Shown here piece by piece: positions 47,885-60,571 of a stretch of 64,000 nucleotides of DNA. Origin of the DNA: Coprobacillus sp. GTDB taxonomy: Bacteria > Bacillota_I > Bacilli_A > RFN20 > CAG-826. The notes beneath the pieces were generated by a model, which was given only the letters and a program-made list of their open reading frames with translations, was not told where the DNA came from and did not search any database. The stretch lies in contig JAJQAG010000003.1 of the NCBI GenBank assembly GCA_021203905.1, positions 192,830 through 256,829 of the forward strand. The letters are read 5' to 3'. Position numbers and translations under genes: made by a program. Position 1 is the stretch's first letter. Each line of letters starts with the position of its first letter.

Positions 47885-48778
47885 ATGAAACATGTCGTTT
47901 TTACTATCAATCAAAATAAATTAGCGGACACTCTCGCTACCTCTCTTAAAGCGGAACTTGGGGTTGTAGATGTTTCCTATTTCCAAGATGGAGAGGTTTT
48001 AGTGAAGAGTGAGACCCCAGTCCATGGCAAGGATGTTGTGGTTCTTCAATCCATTACCTCCCATGAGTTAGATATTGCTTATCAAGTTCTTTTATTATGT
48101 GATTCGTTAAGAAATGCGGGAGCAAGAACCATTACTTGGATCATTCCCTACATTCCCTATTTTCGACAAGAATTCCCTAAAGAAGTTGAACCTCAATCCT
48201 CAAAATTAATCGCAGGAATCATCGACGCCGCAAAGGTGGATAAGATTATTACATGTGATGTTCATGTTGATAATAACTTAACCCACTTTGCCACTCCAAT
48301 AGAGAACGTTTCTCTCTACCCTGTTTTTGGGAGATATTATCGTGAATATTTTAAGAAACAGCATATTGATCTTAATGATGTCGTCGTGGTCTCTCCTGAT
48401 AATGGGGGCACCATAAGAGCAAAGGAACTCGCAAATGATCTTGGTTGTACTTCAATTGCTCTTTCTAAGCAAAGAGATAAATCTGATTCTGTGAAGAAGA
48501 TTATTATCCATGATCGAGTGGAGGGAAAAGTCTGTTTAATTTTTGATGATATCATTTCCACTGGACACACTCTTAGTAAGACTGCCTCTCTTTTATTAGA
48601 GCACGGCGCTAAATCTATTGTTGTGGCTATATCTCATCCTATAATTAGTGAAAACTGCACAAAAATACTAAAATCTTCACAAATCTCAAATATTATTGTC
48701 GCTAATACAATTGAAAAGGATTTAGATCCATTATATAAAGTCGTTGATATAGCACCACTTCTAAAAGAGGTACTATAA
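47885..48778 (+). CDS. ribose-phosphate pyrophosphokinase (Prs) family protein, divergent
   Basis: PRTase-type fold with FQDGE and DDIISTGHTL. Canonical PRPP synthetase motifs are altered (YFRQEFPKE vs YARQDRK, and the flexible-loop KRR is replaced). Confidence 0.7.
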   Translation: MKHVVFTINQNKLADTLATSLKAELGVVDVSYFQDGEVLVKSETPVHGKDVVVLQSITSHELDIAYQVLLLCDSLRNAGARTITWIIPYIPYFRQEFPKEVEPQSSKLIAGIIDAAKVDKIITCDVHVDNNLTHFATPIENVSLYPVFGRYYREYFKKQHIDLNDVVVVSPDNGGTIRAKELANDLGCTSIALSKQRDKSDSVKKIIIHDRVEGKVCLIFDDIISTGHTLSKTASLLLEHGAKSIVVAISHPIISENCTKILKSSQISNIIVANTIEKDLDPLYKVVDIAPLLKEVL

Positions 48779-48981
48779 ATGGTTGACGAAGAAGAAAAAG
48801 AAGAAGAAGTTGTCGAAGAAGAGGTTGATGAAACTCAAATTGTTGACGACGAAAATATAAAGAAACACCTCAAGGATGGTGGATACCAAATACCTAATTG
48901 GGTTCCTCTTGTCATCCTTGCTGGTATTTTAGTGATCCTTATTATTGTCTTAATCATTGTGGAAACTACTGGAGGTGGAGA

Positions 48982-48985
<4 letters not shown>
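48779..48985 (+). CDS. small protein with an acidic N-terminus (EEEKEEEVVEEEVDE) and one TM helix
   Basis: 68 aa with an AAAGAGG Shine-Dalgarno 8 nt upstream. Its stop overlaps the queT start (ATGA). Confidence 0.4.
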
Positions 48986-50614
<1,629 letters not shown>

Positions 50615-50615
<1 letters not shown>

Positions 50616-51646
50616 TGGATATTTCACTATTTGATTTTCATTTACCTGAAGAATTGATTGCCCAATCTCCCGCTCTAGTAAGAGACCAATCTCGTCTTTT
50701 AGTGGTCAATAGAAAAGATCATACCTATGAAGATAAAGTCTTTTCAGATATCTATGATTATTTAAAAGCGGGAGATGTTTTAGTAAGAAATAACACTAAA
50801 GTGTTACCCGCTCGATTATATGGGATTAAAGAAGGCACTGGAGCGAAGTGTGAAATTCTTCTCCTTCACCAAGTTGAAAGCGAGAATGATGTATGGGAAT
50901 GTTTGACTAAACCCGCTAAATCTATAAAAGATGGAGCGGTGATTAATTTTGGTGATGGGAAATTGGTGGGAACTTGCGTCAAATCAATGGATGAGGGAAT
51001 CCGTCATATCCGCTTTACCTATGAGGGAATCTTTCTTGAAGTTCTTGAAGAAATAGGGGAAATGCCTTTACCACCATACATAAAGAAACAAGTAGTGGGC
51101 AATGATCGGTACCAGACAGTGTACGCAAAAGAGGTGGGTAGTAGTGCCGCTCCCACCGCGGGATTTCACTTTACCGAAGATTTATTAAAGCGACTCCAAG
51201 AAAAAGGTGTTATCATCGTTGACATTACTCTTCATATTGGTCTTGGAACTTTTAGGCCTGTAAAAGTTACAAATGTGGATGAACATGTTATGCATACTGA
51301 GGAATATGAAATCAGTCAAGAAGCCGCTGATATTATTAATAGTGCAAGAAGCGAACATCGCCGTGTTGTTGCAGTGGGTACAACCTGTGTTAGAACCCTA
51401 GAAGCAAACTATGCAAAGTATGGAATTATTAAACCTACAAGAGAGAGTACAAATATTTTTATAAAACCTGGTTTTAAGTATCAGGTTGTGGATGCTCTTA
51501 TTACGAATTTTCACCTTCCAAAATCCACTCTTATTATGTTAGTTTGTGCCTATATTGGTCGTGAGTGGACACTTGAGCTATATCAACATGCTATTGATGA
51601 AAAATATCGCTTCTTCTCTTTCGGGGATGCGATGTTTATCTATTAG
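50615..51646 (+). CDS. queA: S-adenosylmethionine:tRNA ribosyltransferase-isomerase
   Basis: 343 aa. QueA N-terminus (FDFHLPEELIAQSP) with conservation throughout. Confidence 0.95.
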
Positions 51647-51747
51647 CGGATAAAAAGGAGTGAAATATCTTGAAGAAGAATCAAGATTTGCCATTATTTT
51701 GATTTTTAATATTGAGAATTAACATTTAAAAGAGTTTCTTATGATCT

Positions 51748-52395
51748 ATGGATAGAGTAATTAATTATCAAAAACGACTTTTAGCCCTCATCGATGAGTT
51801 GAAACTAGGCGATACCAAACCTAGACTTCTTCTTCATGTTTGCTGTGGTCCTTGCTTTACTGTTCCATTTCGAATTTTAAAAGATTACTTTGACATTACA
51901 ATCATGTATTATAACCCTAATATCTACCCTACACTAGAGTATGATAAGAGAATTGGAGAACTTAAGAAATATCTCGATTTAATTCATATGTCAGACAAGT
52001 TAACTTTCATTGAGGACAAAGAAGACCACGATGTTTTTATGGAAGATCTTCGTCCTTATGCTGATGAAAAAGAGGGTCATAATCGTTGTCGTCTTTGTAT
52101 CACCAAAAGACTTGAACATGCTTTCAAGTACGCTAAAGAAAATAACTTTGATTATGTCGGCACAGTGATGACTATCTCTCGTTATAAGAATGCCCAAGAC
52201 ATTAATCACATTGGAGAACAACTCTCCCAAAAATACGACATCAAGTATCTCTTTAGTGATTTTAAGAAAAACAACGGCTATGAAGATAGCCTCATAATTA
52301 CAAAAAATTGCAATTTATATTGCCAAAAATTCTGCGGTTGTGAATATTCTCTCCGTGACTATGAGGAGAGAAATCCTGATGATAAGCAATATTAG
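51748..52395 (+). CDS. queH: epoxyqueuosine reductase QueH (DUF208)
   Basis: 215 aa. Conserved Cys cluster (LLLHVCCGPC) and NPNIYP motif. Confidence 0.85.
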   Translation: MDRVINYQKRLLALIDELKLGDTKPRLLLHVCCGPCFTVPFRILKDYFDITIMYYNPNIYPTLEYDKRIGELKKYLDLIHMSDKLTFIEDKEDHDVFMEDLRPYADEKEGHNRCRLCITKRLEHAFKYAKENNFDYVGTVMTISRYKNAQDINHIGEQLSQKYDIKYLFSDFKKNNGYEDSLIITKNCNLYCQKFCGCEYSLRDYEERNPDDKQY

Positions 52396-52423
52396 AATTT
52401 TTTCCAAACTTTTATAAAAAGTT

Positions 52424-52452
52424 ATTGACACATATATATGCGAGGAGTATTC
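52424..52452 (+). promoter_or_regulatory. candidate S10-operon promoter TTGACA-17-TATTCT
   Basis: A consensus -35 box with a 4/6 -10 box, about 130 nt upstream of rpsJ. Confidence 0.35.
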
Positions 52453-52492
52453 TTTTCAAGGTTGTTTGCGTACAGGGTATTTTGCGAGGTTG

Positions 52493-52530
52493 CAGATACA
52501 CCCACACTCGTTGTCATGAAAGTGTATCTG
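52493..52530 (+). promoter_or_regulatory. leader hairpin in the S10 operon 5' UTR (CAGATACAC ... GTGTATCTG)
   Basis: 9-bp perfect inverted repeat with a 20-nt loop, between the candidate promoter and the rpsJ Shine-Dalgarno (AAGGAGG at 52569). Confidence 0.35.
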
Positions 52531-52581
52531 GGAATTCCAAAATATGTCAAACAACATGATGTGATATAAGGAGGAAATCTC

Positions 52582-52893
52582 ATGGCAAAAACGACTAAAG
52601 TTCGAGTTCGACTCAAAGCGTATGATCATGTTTTACTTGATGCCAGCGCTGAAAGAATAGTCGAAGCGGCTAAGAAGACAGGCGCCACAGTCAAAGGCCC
52701 TATCCCCTTACCCACCGAAAAACAGGTCTATACGATTCTTAGAAGTCCACATGTCTTTAAAGACTCTCGTGAACAATTTGAGATTCGTACTCACAAAAGA
52801 ATCATCGATATCTACAATCCTAAGAAGGAGACCATTGATGCTTTAAAGAATCTTGATCTTCCCGCTGGAGTGGATATTGAGATCAAATTATAA
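52582..52893 (+). CDS. rpsJ: 30S ribosomal protein S10
   Basis: 103 aa, canonical sequence. Confidence 0.97.
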   Translation: MAKTTKVRVRLKAYDHVLLDASAERIVEAAKKTGATVKGPIPLPTEKQVYTILRSPHVFKDSREQFEIRTHKRIIDIYNPKKETIDALKNLDLPAGVDIEIKL

Positions 52894-52904
52894 GGAGGCA
52901 AGAT

Positions 52905-53858
52905 ATGAAAGCGATTATTGGTCGTAAAGTCGGTATGACTGAAGTCTTCGCTGAAGATGGAACCATGTATCCTGTGACAGTCGTTGAAGTCTTGCCGAAT
53001 ATCGTGACCCAAGTCAAAACCAAAGAGCACGATGGTTATGACGCTATCCAAGTGGGCTACGAAGAAAAGAAAGAATCTCGTGCGAATATGCCTGAAAAAG
53101 GTATTGCGAAAAAAGCAAATACTGTCCCTCATCAATTCCTTAGAGAACTCAAGGGCGATGAGATGATGCAATATCAACTTGGTGACGCGATCACTGTTGA
53201 TATCTTTAAAGCGGGTGATGTCGTTGATGTTATCGGCACCTCTAAAGGTAAAGGATTCTCTGGTGCGATTAAGAGATGGCATCAGAAGATTGGTCCTAAA
53301 GGCCATGGTTCCGGTTACCACAGAGGACAAGGTACATTTGCTAATAATGGTCGTACGAATAACCGTGTTTTACCTGGTAAGCACATGTCAGGTCATAGCG
53401 GTCATAAGAGTGCTACCATTCTCAATCTTCTCGTAATTGCAGTCTATCCTGATAAGAACGCCATCCTCATCAGAGGAGGAATTCCAGGACCTAGTAAGTC
53501 TGTTGTCACCATCAGAAGTGCGATTAAAACTCAAAAACACCCCAAACTCTTAAAACCACTTATTGATAGAACACCAGTAGTGGAACAAGAGGTTGTACCA
53601 GAGGAGGTTGTCGTAGAAACTCCAGTCACTGAAGTTGTGGAAGTAACCCCAGTGGAGACTCCAGTTGAGGAGACTCCTAGTGAAGCTTCAGTGGAAGAAG
53701 CTCCAGTTGTGGAGGAAGCCACAGTTAGTGAAGAAGTTGCGACAGAAACCCCAGTTGTCGAGGAAACACCCATCGTTGAGACCCCGGTTGAAGAAGTCTC
53801 TAGCGATGAGGAAACTCCCCATGTTACAGAAGCGCCTGACTTAGGCAGTGAAGAGTAA
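52905..53858 (+). CDS. rplC: 50S ribosomal protein L3 with a C-terminal acidic low-complexity extension of about 110 aa
   Basis: Canonical L3 core of about 205 aa, then [48 protein letters not shown]... Confidence 0.95.
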   Translation: MKAIIGRKVGMTEVFAEDGTMYPVTVVEVLPNIVTQVKTKEHDGYDAIQVGYEEKKESRANMPEKGIAKKANTVPHQFLRELKGDEMMQYQLGDAITVDIFKAGDVVDVIGTSKGKGFSGAIKRWHQKIGPKGHGSGYHRGQGTFANNGRTNNRVLPGKHMSGHSGHKSATILNLLVIAVYPDKNAILIRGGIPGPSKSVVTIRSAIKTQKHPKLLKPLIDRTPVVEQEVVPEEVVVETPVTEVVEVTPVETPVEETPSEASVEEAPVVEEATVSEEVATETPVVEETPIVETPVEEVSSDEETPHVTEAPDLGSEE

Positions 53859-53873
53859 GAAAGGAGATAAGTC

Positions 53874-54506
53874 ATGAAAAAGACCGTAAGTGTAAAAGTC
53901 TATAACACTCAAGGTGAAGAAGTTTCAACCTTGAAGCTTGATGGCACTATCTTCGATGCTGACTTCCATGATCAATGCGTCTTTGACGCGGTTCAAGTGG
54001 AACAAGCCAACTCTCGTCAAGCCACTGCCAAAACGAAAGTCAGAAGTGAAGTTCGTGGTGGTGGAAGAAAACCTTGGAGACAAAAAGGTACAGGTCGTGC
54101 CAGAGCGGGTTCAACCCGTTCCCCAATCTGGGTTGGTGGTGGTACCGTCTTTGGTCCCACTGGAACCCAAAACTACAAACTCTCTCAAAATAAGAAAGAG
54201 TACGCCATCGCTAAGAGAAGTGTGCTTGCCCAAACTGTGAGAGAGAACAGATTAATTTTGTTAGATTCTCTTGTGCTTGAGCACAAGAAGACTAAAGAAC
54301 TCGTGGCCGTTCTCGATGCCCTTCACGTCGGAAGTAAAGTTCTTCTTGTCGTGGATCAAATCGATGAAAATTTATTTGCCTCAGGCAGAAATCTCTCATG
54401 GGTCAAGATTGTGGATGTGACTAATGTGTCCGTCTTTGATGTCTTAAACTGTGAGACTCTTCTCGCCACAGTCCCGGCCATTACTAAATTAGAGGAGGTG
54501 TTATAG
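53874..54506 (+). CDS. rplD: 50S ribosomal protein L4
   Basis: 210 aa, canonical. Confidence 0.95.
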   Translation: MKKTVSVKVYNTQGEEVSTLKLDGTIFDADFHDQCVFDAVQVEQANSRQATAKTKVRSEVRGGGRKPWRQKGTGRARAGSTRSPIWVGGGTVFGPTGTQNYKLSQNKKEYAIAKRSVLAQTVRENRLILLDSLVLEHKKTKELVAVLDALHVGSKVLLVVDQIDENLFASGRNLSWVKIVDVTNVSVFDVLNCETLLATVPAITKLEEVL

Positions 54507-54510
54507 TCTT

Positions 54511-54852
54511 ATGCCAAGAAAGAAAAAAGAAGTCCCTGGCGAGATGCGTTTCCCCAAGGCAACGGAAAAAGACTTTGATGTTATCATCAAACCTCTAATT
54601 ACAGAGAAGTCTATGGACCTTTTACAAAATCAGAACAAGGTCACTGTGACTGTTAATCCCGCTTCCAATAAGACTGAGATTAAACTTGCCTTTGAAAGAA
54701 TTTTCCAAGTCAAGGTTACTGGAGTCAAGATTAGCAATGTGGAAGCGAAGCACACCACAAGAGGCACCCGTTATCACGGAACAATCCCTGGATACAAGAA
54801 AGCGATTGTCACCGTCGCGGAAGGTGATGCGATTGATCTATTTAGAGAATAA
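54511..54852 (+). CDS. rplW: 50S ribosomal protein L23 (short basic N-terminal extension)
   Basis: 113 aa; core L23. Confidence 0.9.
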   Translation: MPRKKKEVPGEMRFPKATEKDFDVIIKPLITEKSMDLLQNQNKVTVTVNPASNKTEIKLAFERIFQVKVTGVKISNVEAKHTTRGTRYHGTIPGYKKAIVTVAEGDAIDLFRE

Positions 54853-54878
54853 TAGATCCGTACTATAGGAGGAAAAAC

Positions 54879-55712
54879 ATGGCAATTAGAACTTATAAGC
54901 CCTATACCCCATCACGTCGTAATATGACTAATTCGACCTTTGATGAGATAACGACATCCACTCCTGAGAAAAGTTTATTAACAAGTTTAAGTAAAACTGG
55001 TGGTAGAAATAACCAAGGAAAGATTACCTGCCGCCACATCGGAGGAGGTCATAAGCGTCTTTATCGAATCATCGACTTTAAGCGTGACAAAGATGGAATT
55101 CCGGCAACTGTAAAAACAATTGAATATGATCCTAATAGAAATGCGAATATCTGCCTTCTTGCGTATGCTGACGGAGAGAAGAGATATATCATTGCTCCAA
55201 AAGGAATCAAAGTGGGAGATAAACTCCTCTCTGGTCATGGAGCGGATATCCTTCCTGGTAACTGCCTTGAATTAAAAGATATTCCAGAAGGAACTCTCAT
55301 TCACAATATTGAGCTTAAACCTGGACATGGCGCCCAAATGGTCCGTGCCGCGGGAACCAGTGCTCAATTACTAGGTTTTGATGGGAAATATGCGACTCTC
55401 AGACTCGCCAGTGGGGAAGTCAGGAGAGTGGTTTCTACCTGCAGAGCCACTATTGGTATCGTCGGTAACGAAGATTATAGCCTTATTAATAAAGGTAAAG
55501 CGGGTAAGAATAGATGGTTAGGTGAGAGACCTAACGTCCGTGGTTCGGTCATGAACCCGAACGACCACCCACACGGAGGTGGTGAGGGTAAGTGTCCTGT
55601 TGGTAGGGACGCTCCACGTACACCTTGGGGTAAGAAAGCCCTTGGTGTGAAGACCAGAGATAAGAAGAAACCTTCCACAAAGATGATTGTGAGAAGAAGA
55701 AACGATAAGTAA
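54879..55712 (+). CDS. rplB: 50S ribosomal protein L2
   Basis: 277 aa, canonical. Confidence 0.97.
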   Translation: MAIRTYKPYTPSRRNMTNSTFDEITTSTPEKSLLTSLSKTGGRNNQGKITCRHIGGGHKRLYRIIDFKRDKDGIPATVKTIEYDPNRNANICLLAYADGEKRYIIAPKGIKVGDKLLSGHGADILPGNCLELKDIPEGTLIHNIELKPGHGAQMVRAAGTSAQLLGFDGKYATLRLASGEVRRVVSTCRATIGIVGNEDYSLINKGKAGKNRWLGERPNVRGSVMNPNDHPHGGGEGKCPVGRDAPRTPWGKKALGVKTRDKKKPSTKMIVRRRNDK

Positions 55713-55723
55713 GGAGGTAAATC

Positions 55724-56032
55724 ATGGCACGTAGTTTGAAAAAAGGTGCATTCGTCGATGACCATCTCATGAAAAAGGTCGAAGCGCTCAATGCATCAGG
55801 GAAAAAAGAAGTCATTAAGACATGGTCTCGCCGCTCGACCATTTACCCCCAATTCGTTGGACTAACATTTGCTGTTTACAATGGTAGAGAGCACATCTCA
55901 GTTTATGTCACTGATGATATGGTGGGTCATAAACTTGGTGAATTCTCTCCCACAAGAAAGTATACCGGACATACCGGTCACACCGCGGAAGATAAGGCCG
56001 CTCACGCCGCCGCGATGAAAAAGAAGAAGTAA
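55724..56032 (+). CDS. rpsS: 30S ribosomal protein S19 (tail with a GHT triplication)
   Basis: 102 aa; the C-terminus reads [25 protein letters not shown]. Confidence 0.95.
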   Translation: MARSLKKGAFVDDHLMKKVEALNASGKKEVIKTWSRRSTIYPQFVGLTFAVYNGREHISVYVTDDMVGHKLGEFSPTRKYTGHTGHTAEDKAAHAAAMKKKK

Positions 56033-56047
56033 GGAGGTTAATAGATA

Positions 56048-56605
56048 ATGCCAGCAAAAAAAGCTAGTGAAGAAGTCAAAGCGGAAGAAACTGTAGAAGT
56101 AGAAGCTGAAAAAGTCGAGAACGCTACAGAATCTGAAGAAACGACTCCAGAAGTTGTCGAAGAAGAACTTCCTGAAACTCTCGAAGAGACCGGAAAGAGA
56201 TCCTCTCGTCGTCGTAAGAAAGAGGAAGAAGCTACTCCTAGTGAGACCTATGTTCCTCCTAAACCCACTCCGACGAGTGCTCGTGCGGTATCAAAGAATG
56301 TCAGAGTGACTCCTCGTAAGGCTCGCCTTGTGTGTGACCTTGTAAGAGGTAAGAGTGTGGATGAAGCGATTGCGATTCTTCACAATGTCAATAAATCCGC
56401 GACTCCCGCGGTCATGAAAACCATCAAGAGTGCGGCGGCGAATGCGACTAATAACTTTGGAATGGATGCTGATTCCTTATATGTTGCAGAGATATACGCT
56501 AATGATGGTCTAAGAATGAAAAGGTATTTACCACGCGCGAAAGGAAGAGCGAGTCATCTCGTGAGAAGATGTTCTCATATCACCTGCGTGGTCAAGATGA
56601 GATAA
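56048..56605 (+). CDS. rplV: 50S ribosomal protein L22 with an acidic N-terminal extension of about 70 aa
   Basis: 185 aa against about 112 typical. The extension reads EEVKAEETVEVEAEKVENATESEETTPEVVEEELPETLEE. Confidence 0.93.
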   Translation: MPAKKASEEVKAEETVEVEAEKVENATESEETTPEVVEEELPETLEETGKRSSRRRKKEEEATPSETYVPPKPTPTSARAVSKNVRVTPRKARLVCDLVRGKSVDEAIAILHNVNKSATPAVMKTIKSAAANATNNFGMDADSLYVAEIYANDGLRMKRYLPRAKGRASHLVRRCSHITCVVKMR

Positions 56606-56615
56606 GGAGGCAAGT

Positions 56616-57296
56616 ATGGGTCAAAAAGTTAATCCAGTGGGAATGAGAATTGGTGTGAGCCGTGACTGGAACTCTCGTTGGTATGCCGACAAGGGGGAGT
56701 ACCACGTGTTTCTCCATCAAGATATCAAGATTAGAAAATACTTAGATACCGCTCTCAAAGATGCTTCCTATTCTCATACCGAGATAGAAAGAACCAAAAC
56801 AGATAAGGGACAAAATGTCGTGGTTATGGTGTTTGTCGCTCGTCCAGGTGTGGTTATCGGTCAAGATGGCAAGAACATTGCCAAAATCAAAGATGATTTA
56901 CAAGCCATTGTCGGAAAAGATGTCAACCTTCGTGTGGATGTCATCGAGGTGAAGCAACCAGATCTTGACGCTAACATTGTCGCGCAATCCATTGCTAAAC
57001 AACTCGAAGAGAGACAAAGCTTCAGAATCGTCCAAAAGAAAGCCATTGTCCGTGTTCGTAAAGCGGGCGCTAAAGGAGTGAAGACTCTTGTCAGCGGTCG
57101 TTTAGGTGGTGCGGATATTGCTCGTGGCGAGGGATATAAAGAGGGAATCATTCCTCTTCAGACTCTCCGTAGTGACATTGACTACGCTGTCGCAGAAGCC
57201 GCAACGACCTATGGTCGTTTAGGAGTTAAAGTGTGGATCTGTCGTGGAGAGGTTCCTTGCAACAAATTTACAAAACTAGAGAAGGAGGGTGAATAA
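56616..57296 (+). CDS. rpsC: 30S ribosomal protein S3
   Basis: 226 aa, canonical. Confidence 0.97.
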   Translation: MGQKVNPVGMRIGVSRDWNSRWYADKGEYHVFLHQDIKIRKYLDTALKDASYSHTEIERTKTDKGQNVVVMVFVARPGVVIGQDGKNIAKIKDDLQAIVGKDVNLRVDVIEVKQPDLDANIVAQSIAKQLEERQSFRIVQKKAIVRVRKAGAKGVKTLVSGRLGGADIARGEGYKEGIIPLQTLRSDIDYAVAEAATTYGRLGVKVWICRGEVPCNKFTKLEKEGE

Positions 57297-57720
57297 GATG
57301 TTACAACCAAAGAGAACAAAATATCGTCGTCCTCATCTCTTGTCATATGAAGGAAATGCCAAGGGTGGCACAAAAATCTCCTATGGAGATTATGCCCTCC
57401 AGGCCCAAGAGGGTGCGTGGATTACCGCTCGCCAAATTGAATCCGCTCGTATAGTTCTAGCCAGATATACTCGTCGTTTAGGTAAGATTTGGATTTGTAT
57501 CTTTCCCCAACTTGCTAAGACCAAGAAAGCGGAAGGTATGCGTATGGGTTCTGGTAAAGGTAGTCCAGAGAAATGGGTAGCGGTCGTGAAGAAAGGCAAA
57601 ATCTTATTTGAGATTGCTGGAGTTCCTGAGCAGACCGCGATGGAAGCCCTTCGCCTTGCGGCGTATAAGCTTCCTATTAAATGTAAAGTTATTAAGAGAG
57701 AGGAGAGTGAAGCACAATGA
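57289..57720 (+). CDS. rplP: 50S ribosomal protein L16
   Basis: 143 aa, canonical. Confidence 0.97.
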   Translation: MNKMLQPKRTKYRRPHLLSYEGNAKGGTKISYGDYALQAQEGAWITARQIESARIVLARYTRRLGKIWICIFPQLAKTKKAEGMRMGSGKGSPEKWVAVVKKGKILFEIAGVPEQTAMEALRLAAYKLPIKCKVIKREESEAQ

Positions 57721-57947
57721 GAATTAGTGAAGTTCGTGCGCTTAGCACAGAAGAGTTAAGTGAAACCCTTTACTCTCTTAAAGAACAATTATTTGATCTT
57801 AGAAGAAAGAAAGCTGTTGGTGGTCTTGAAAGAGGTGAAGATATCACTGAAGTTCGTCGAGATATTGCGAGAGTGAATATGGTCATCAGTGAGAGAAAAC
57901 TTGGCATCAACAAAGAGCTTAATGAAGGTGCAGGAGGAAATGAATAA
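57717..57947 (+). CDS. rpmC: 50S ribosomal protein L29
   Basis: 76 aa. Confidence 0.9.
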   Translation: MRISEVRALSTEELSETLYSLKEQLFDLRRKKAVGGLERGEDITEVRRDIARVNMVISERKLGINKELNEGAGGNE

Positions 57948-58447
57948 TGGCAGAAGAGAGAAATACCCGTCGTAGTGTTCAAGGTGTCGTTACCTCTGAC
58001 AAGAACGATAAGACCATTGTTGTCCTCGTTGAGACCTACAAGAAACACGCTAAATACGGTAAGAGAGTGAAATACGCGAAGAAGTATTACGCTCACGATG
58101 AACACAACGAAGCCCATACTGGTGACACTGTTACCATTATGGAGTGTCGTCCTATGTCCGCTCTTAAGAGATTCCGTCTCGTCAGTGTGGATAAGAGAGC
58201 TGCTTTAACTGCTAAACAAGCCCGAGCGGAAGAGAGAGCCGCGGAAGAGGCCAAGGAAGCAGAAGAGGCGGAAGTCACTGAAGCCACAGTGGAAGAAGAA
58301 GTGGAAGCTTTAGTAGAGGAAGCACCTACTGAGTTAGTGGTGGAAGAAGCCCCTAGTGAAGAGGTTGTCGAAGAAACTCCAGTAGAAGAAACTCCTAGTG
58401 AAGAAGAAACTCCTAAGAAAAAGAGAAGAAGCAAAGGAGAGAAGTAA
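57947..58447 (+). CDS. rpsQ: 30S ribosomal protein S17 with a C-terminal A/E-rich plus ETPV extension of about 80 aa
   Basis: 166 aa against about 87 typical. Tail reads [68 protein letters not shown]. Confidence 0.93.
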   Translation: MAEERNTRRSVQGVVTSDKNDKTIVVLVETYKKHAKYGKRVKYAKKYYAHDEHNEAHTGDTVTIMECRPMSALKRFRLVSVDKRAALTAKQARAEERAAEEAKEAEEAEVTEATVEEEVEALVEEAPTELVVEEAPSEEVVEETPVEETPSEEETPKKKRRSKGEK

Positions 58448-58449
58448 GT

Positions 58450-58824
58450 ATGGTACAGAATGAAACAAGTCTTGTTGTCGCTGATAACTCCGGCGCTAAA
58501 AGAGTAAAGATCTTCCGTTTACTCGGTGGTTCTTATCGTAAGACCTCCAGTGTGGGAGATGTCGTTATTGCGTCTGTTAAAGAAGCAATTCCGAACGCAA
58601 AAGTCAAAAAAGGTGACATCGTTCATGTTGTCATCGTGAGAACAAAGAAAGCGGTTATCCGACCTGATGGCTCCACCATACGATTTGATGATAACGCAGG
58701 CGTGATTATTAATAATGATGGTTCGCCTGTGGGCACACGTGTGTTTGGACCTGTGGCCAGAGAGCTTAGAGAGTATGGAGACAAGTACATGAAGATTGTC
58801 TCTCTTGCTCCAGAAGTATTATAA
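58450..58824 (+). CDS. rplN: 50S ribosomal protein L14
   Basis: 124 aa. Confidence 0.97.
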   Translation: MVQNETSLVVADNSGAKRVKIFRLLGGSYRKTSSVGDVVIASVKEAIPNAKVKKGDIVHVVIVRTKKAVIRPDGSTIRFDDNAGVIINNDGSPVGTRVFGPVARELREYGDKYMKIVSLAPEVL

Positions 58825-58836
58825 AAGGAGGTAGGT

Positions 58837-59142
58837 ATGAAACTAGTCAAAGGTGATAAAGTCGTCGTCATCGCTGGAAGAGACAAAGGGAAAATTGGTA
58901 CCATCCAAAAAGTCTATCCTTCTCTCAACAAAGTCGTGGTCGAAGACGTCAACGTTCGTAAGAAACACAAGAAACCCACTCAGGCTAATCCTGAAGGCGA
59001 AATTTTAGAAATCTACGCTCCAATTGATGCATCTAATGTCATGCTTGTCGATCCAAAAACCAAGGCTCGTACAAGAATTGGACATACAGTTGTGAAAGGG
59101 GAAAAGGTCCGCTACGCCAAAAAGAGCGGGACCACTCTTTAA
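58837..59142 (+). CDS. rplX: 50S ribosomal protein L24
   Basis: 101 aa. Confidence 0.95.
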   Translation: MKLVKGDKVVVIAGRDKGKIGTIQKVYPSLNKVVVEDVNVRKKHKKPTQANPEGEILEIYAPIDASNVMLVDPKTKARTRIGHTVVKGEKVRYAKKSGTTL

Positions 59143-59155
59143 TTAGGAGGTGTTT

Positions 59156-59953
59156 ATGGCAGAAGAAGAAAAAAAGACTACAACCACATCTTCAAGTAGT
59201 AGCAAAAAGCCCGCAACTATTACCAAAACCACTGCAACTCCTAAGCAAACTACTTCAAAAACCACAACCGCAAAAACCACCGCACCAGCGAAAAAACCTG
59301 CCGTGAAAGTTGAGCCAGAAGTAAAAGAAGAGGTGGCCACTGAGACCCCAGTCGTGGAGGAAGCTCCTAAGAAAACCCCCGCTAAAAAAGCGGCGCCTAA
59401 ACAAGATGTCTATATTCCTCGTGTGAGAGTGAAATATGAAAGTGAAGTTAAAGGTGCGCTATTGGAAAAGTATCACTATCACTCCGTGATGGAGATCCCC
59501 GCTCTTAATAAGATTGTTATTAACTGGGGTGTGGGTGATGCTGTTCAAGATAACAAGCGTCTTGAAGATGCTGTCAATGAATTGACATTAATCGCCGGTC
59601 AAAAACCAGTTGTGACCCGAGCGAAAAAATCTATTTCTTCCTTCAAACTCCGTGAAGGTCAAGCTATCGGATGTAAGGTAACTTTAAGAGGGACAAGAAT
59701 GTATGAATTCTATGATAAACTCGTCTCTCTCGCTCTCCCTCGTGTCCGTGACTTCCGTGGAGTGAGCAAGAATGCTTTTGATGGAAGAGGTAACTACACA
59801 CTTGGTGTGAGAGAGCAATTGATCTTCCCTGAAATTGACTATGATAAAGTCCATAAGGTCAGAGGAATGGATGTTGTGATTGTCACCACGGCAAAAACAG
59901 ATGAAGAGGCATTTACCTTATTAAGTTTATTAGGTATGCCTTTCGCGAGATAA
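59156..59953 (+). CDS. rplE: 50S ribosomal protein L5 with an N-terminal T/K/P-rich plus ETPVVEE extension of about 85 aa
   Basis: ATG 59156 has an AGGAGG Shine-Dalgarno 5 nt upstream. Extension reads [73 protein letters not shown], followed by the canonical L5. Confidence 0.93.
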   Translation: MAEEEKKTTTTSSSSSKKPATITKTTATPKQTTSKTTTAKTTAPAKKPAVKVEPEVKEEVATETPVVEEAPKKTPAKKAAPKQDVYIPRVRVKYESEVKGALLEKYHYHSVMEIPALNKIVINWGVGDAVQDNKRLEDAVNELTLIAGQKPVVTRAKKSISSFKLREGQAIGCKVTLRGTRMYEFYDKLVSLALPRVRDFRGVSKNAFDGRGNYTLGVREQLIFPEIDYDKVHKVRGMDVVIVTTAKTDEEAFTLLSLLGMPFAR

Positions 59954-59966
59954 GGAGGGACATTAC

Positions 59967-60152
59967 ATGGCAAAAGTCAGTGCAAAAATCAGATGTGCCA
60001 GACCAAAGAAATATAAGGTCCAAGAGTATACACGTTGTGAGAGATGTGGTCGTCCCCACGCTGTCTATTCGAAATTTCATCTCTGTAGATGCTGCCTTAG
60101 AGAGCTTGCCTATAAAGGTGAGATTCCTGGTATGAAGAAATCATCTTGGTAA
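59967..60152 (+). CDS. rpsZ: 30S ribosomal protein S14 type Z (zinc-binding)
   Basis: 61 aa with the Cys4 motif [20 protein letters not shown]. Confidence 0.95.
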   Translation: MAKVSAKIRCARPKKYKVQEYTRCERCGRPHAVYSKFHLCRCCLRELAYKGEIPGMKKSSW

Positions 60153-60167
60153 AGGAGGGAAGAAAGT

Positions 60168-60560
60168 ATGATGAGTGATCCAATCGCGGATATGCTTACA
60201 AGAATCCGCAACGCAAATGCGATGAAACACCCAACCGTGTCTCTCCCTTCAAGCAAGATAAAAGTGGAAATCGCCAGAATCTTAAAAGAGGAAGGCTTTA
60301 TCGTGGACTATAAAGTCGAGGGCGATGTCAAAAAAGAATTAACTATTACTCTTAAGTACACTCCTGATGGAACAAGAGTGATTTCTGGTTTAAAGAGAAT
60401 CTCTAAACCAGGACTTAGAGTAACTTCAAGTTGTGAGAAACTCCCTAGAGTCTTAAAAGGTCTTGGTATTGCCATTGTCTCTACCTCTAAAGGGGTGATG
60501 ACTGATAGCCAAGCGAGAAAGCTCTCGGTCGGTGGTGAAGTTCTCGCTTATGTCTGGTAA
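60168..60560 (+). CDS. rpsH: 30S ribosomal protein S8
   Basis: 130 aa. Confidence 0.97.
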   Translation: MMSDPIADMLTRIRNANAMKHPTVSLPSSKIKVEIARILKEEGFIVDYKVEGDVKKELTITLKYTPDGTRVISGLKRISKPGLRVTSSCEKLPRVLKGLGIAIVSTSKGVMTDSQARKLSVGGEVLAYVW

Positions 60561-60571
60561 AGGAGGGAAAA

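Noticed and set aside
53531-53875. Antisense S/T/G-rich ORFs opposite the r-protein extensions (for example 53531-53875 and 58093-58434, minus strand).
   Set aside because: They are mirror images of the GAA/GTT-rich low-complexity coding repeats on the plus strand. They have no start signals and lie inside a highly expressed operon.
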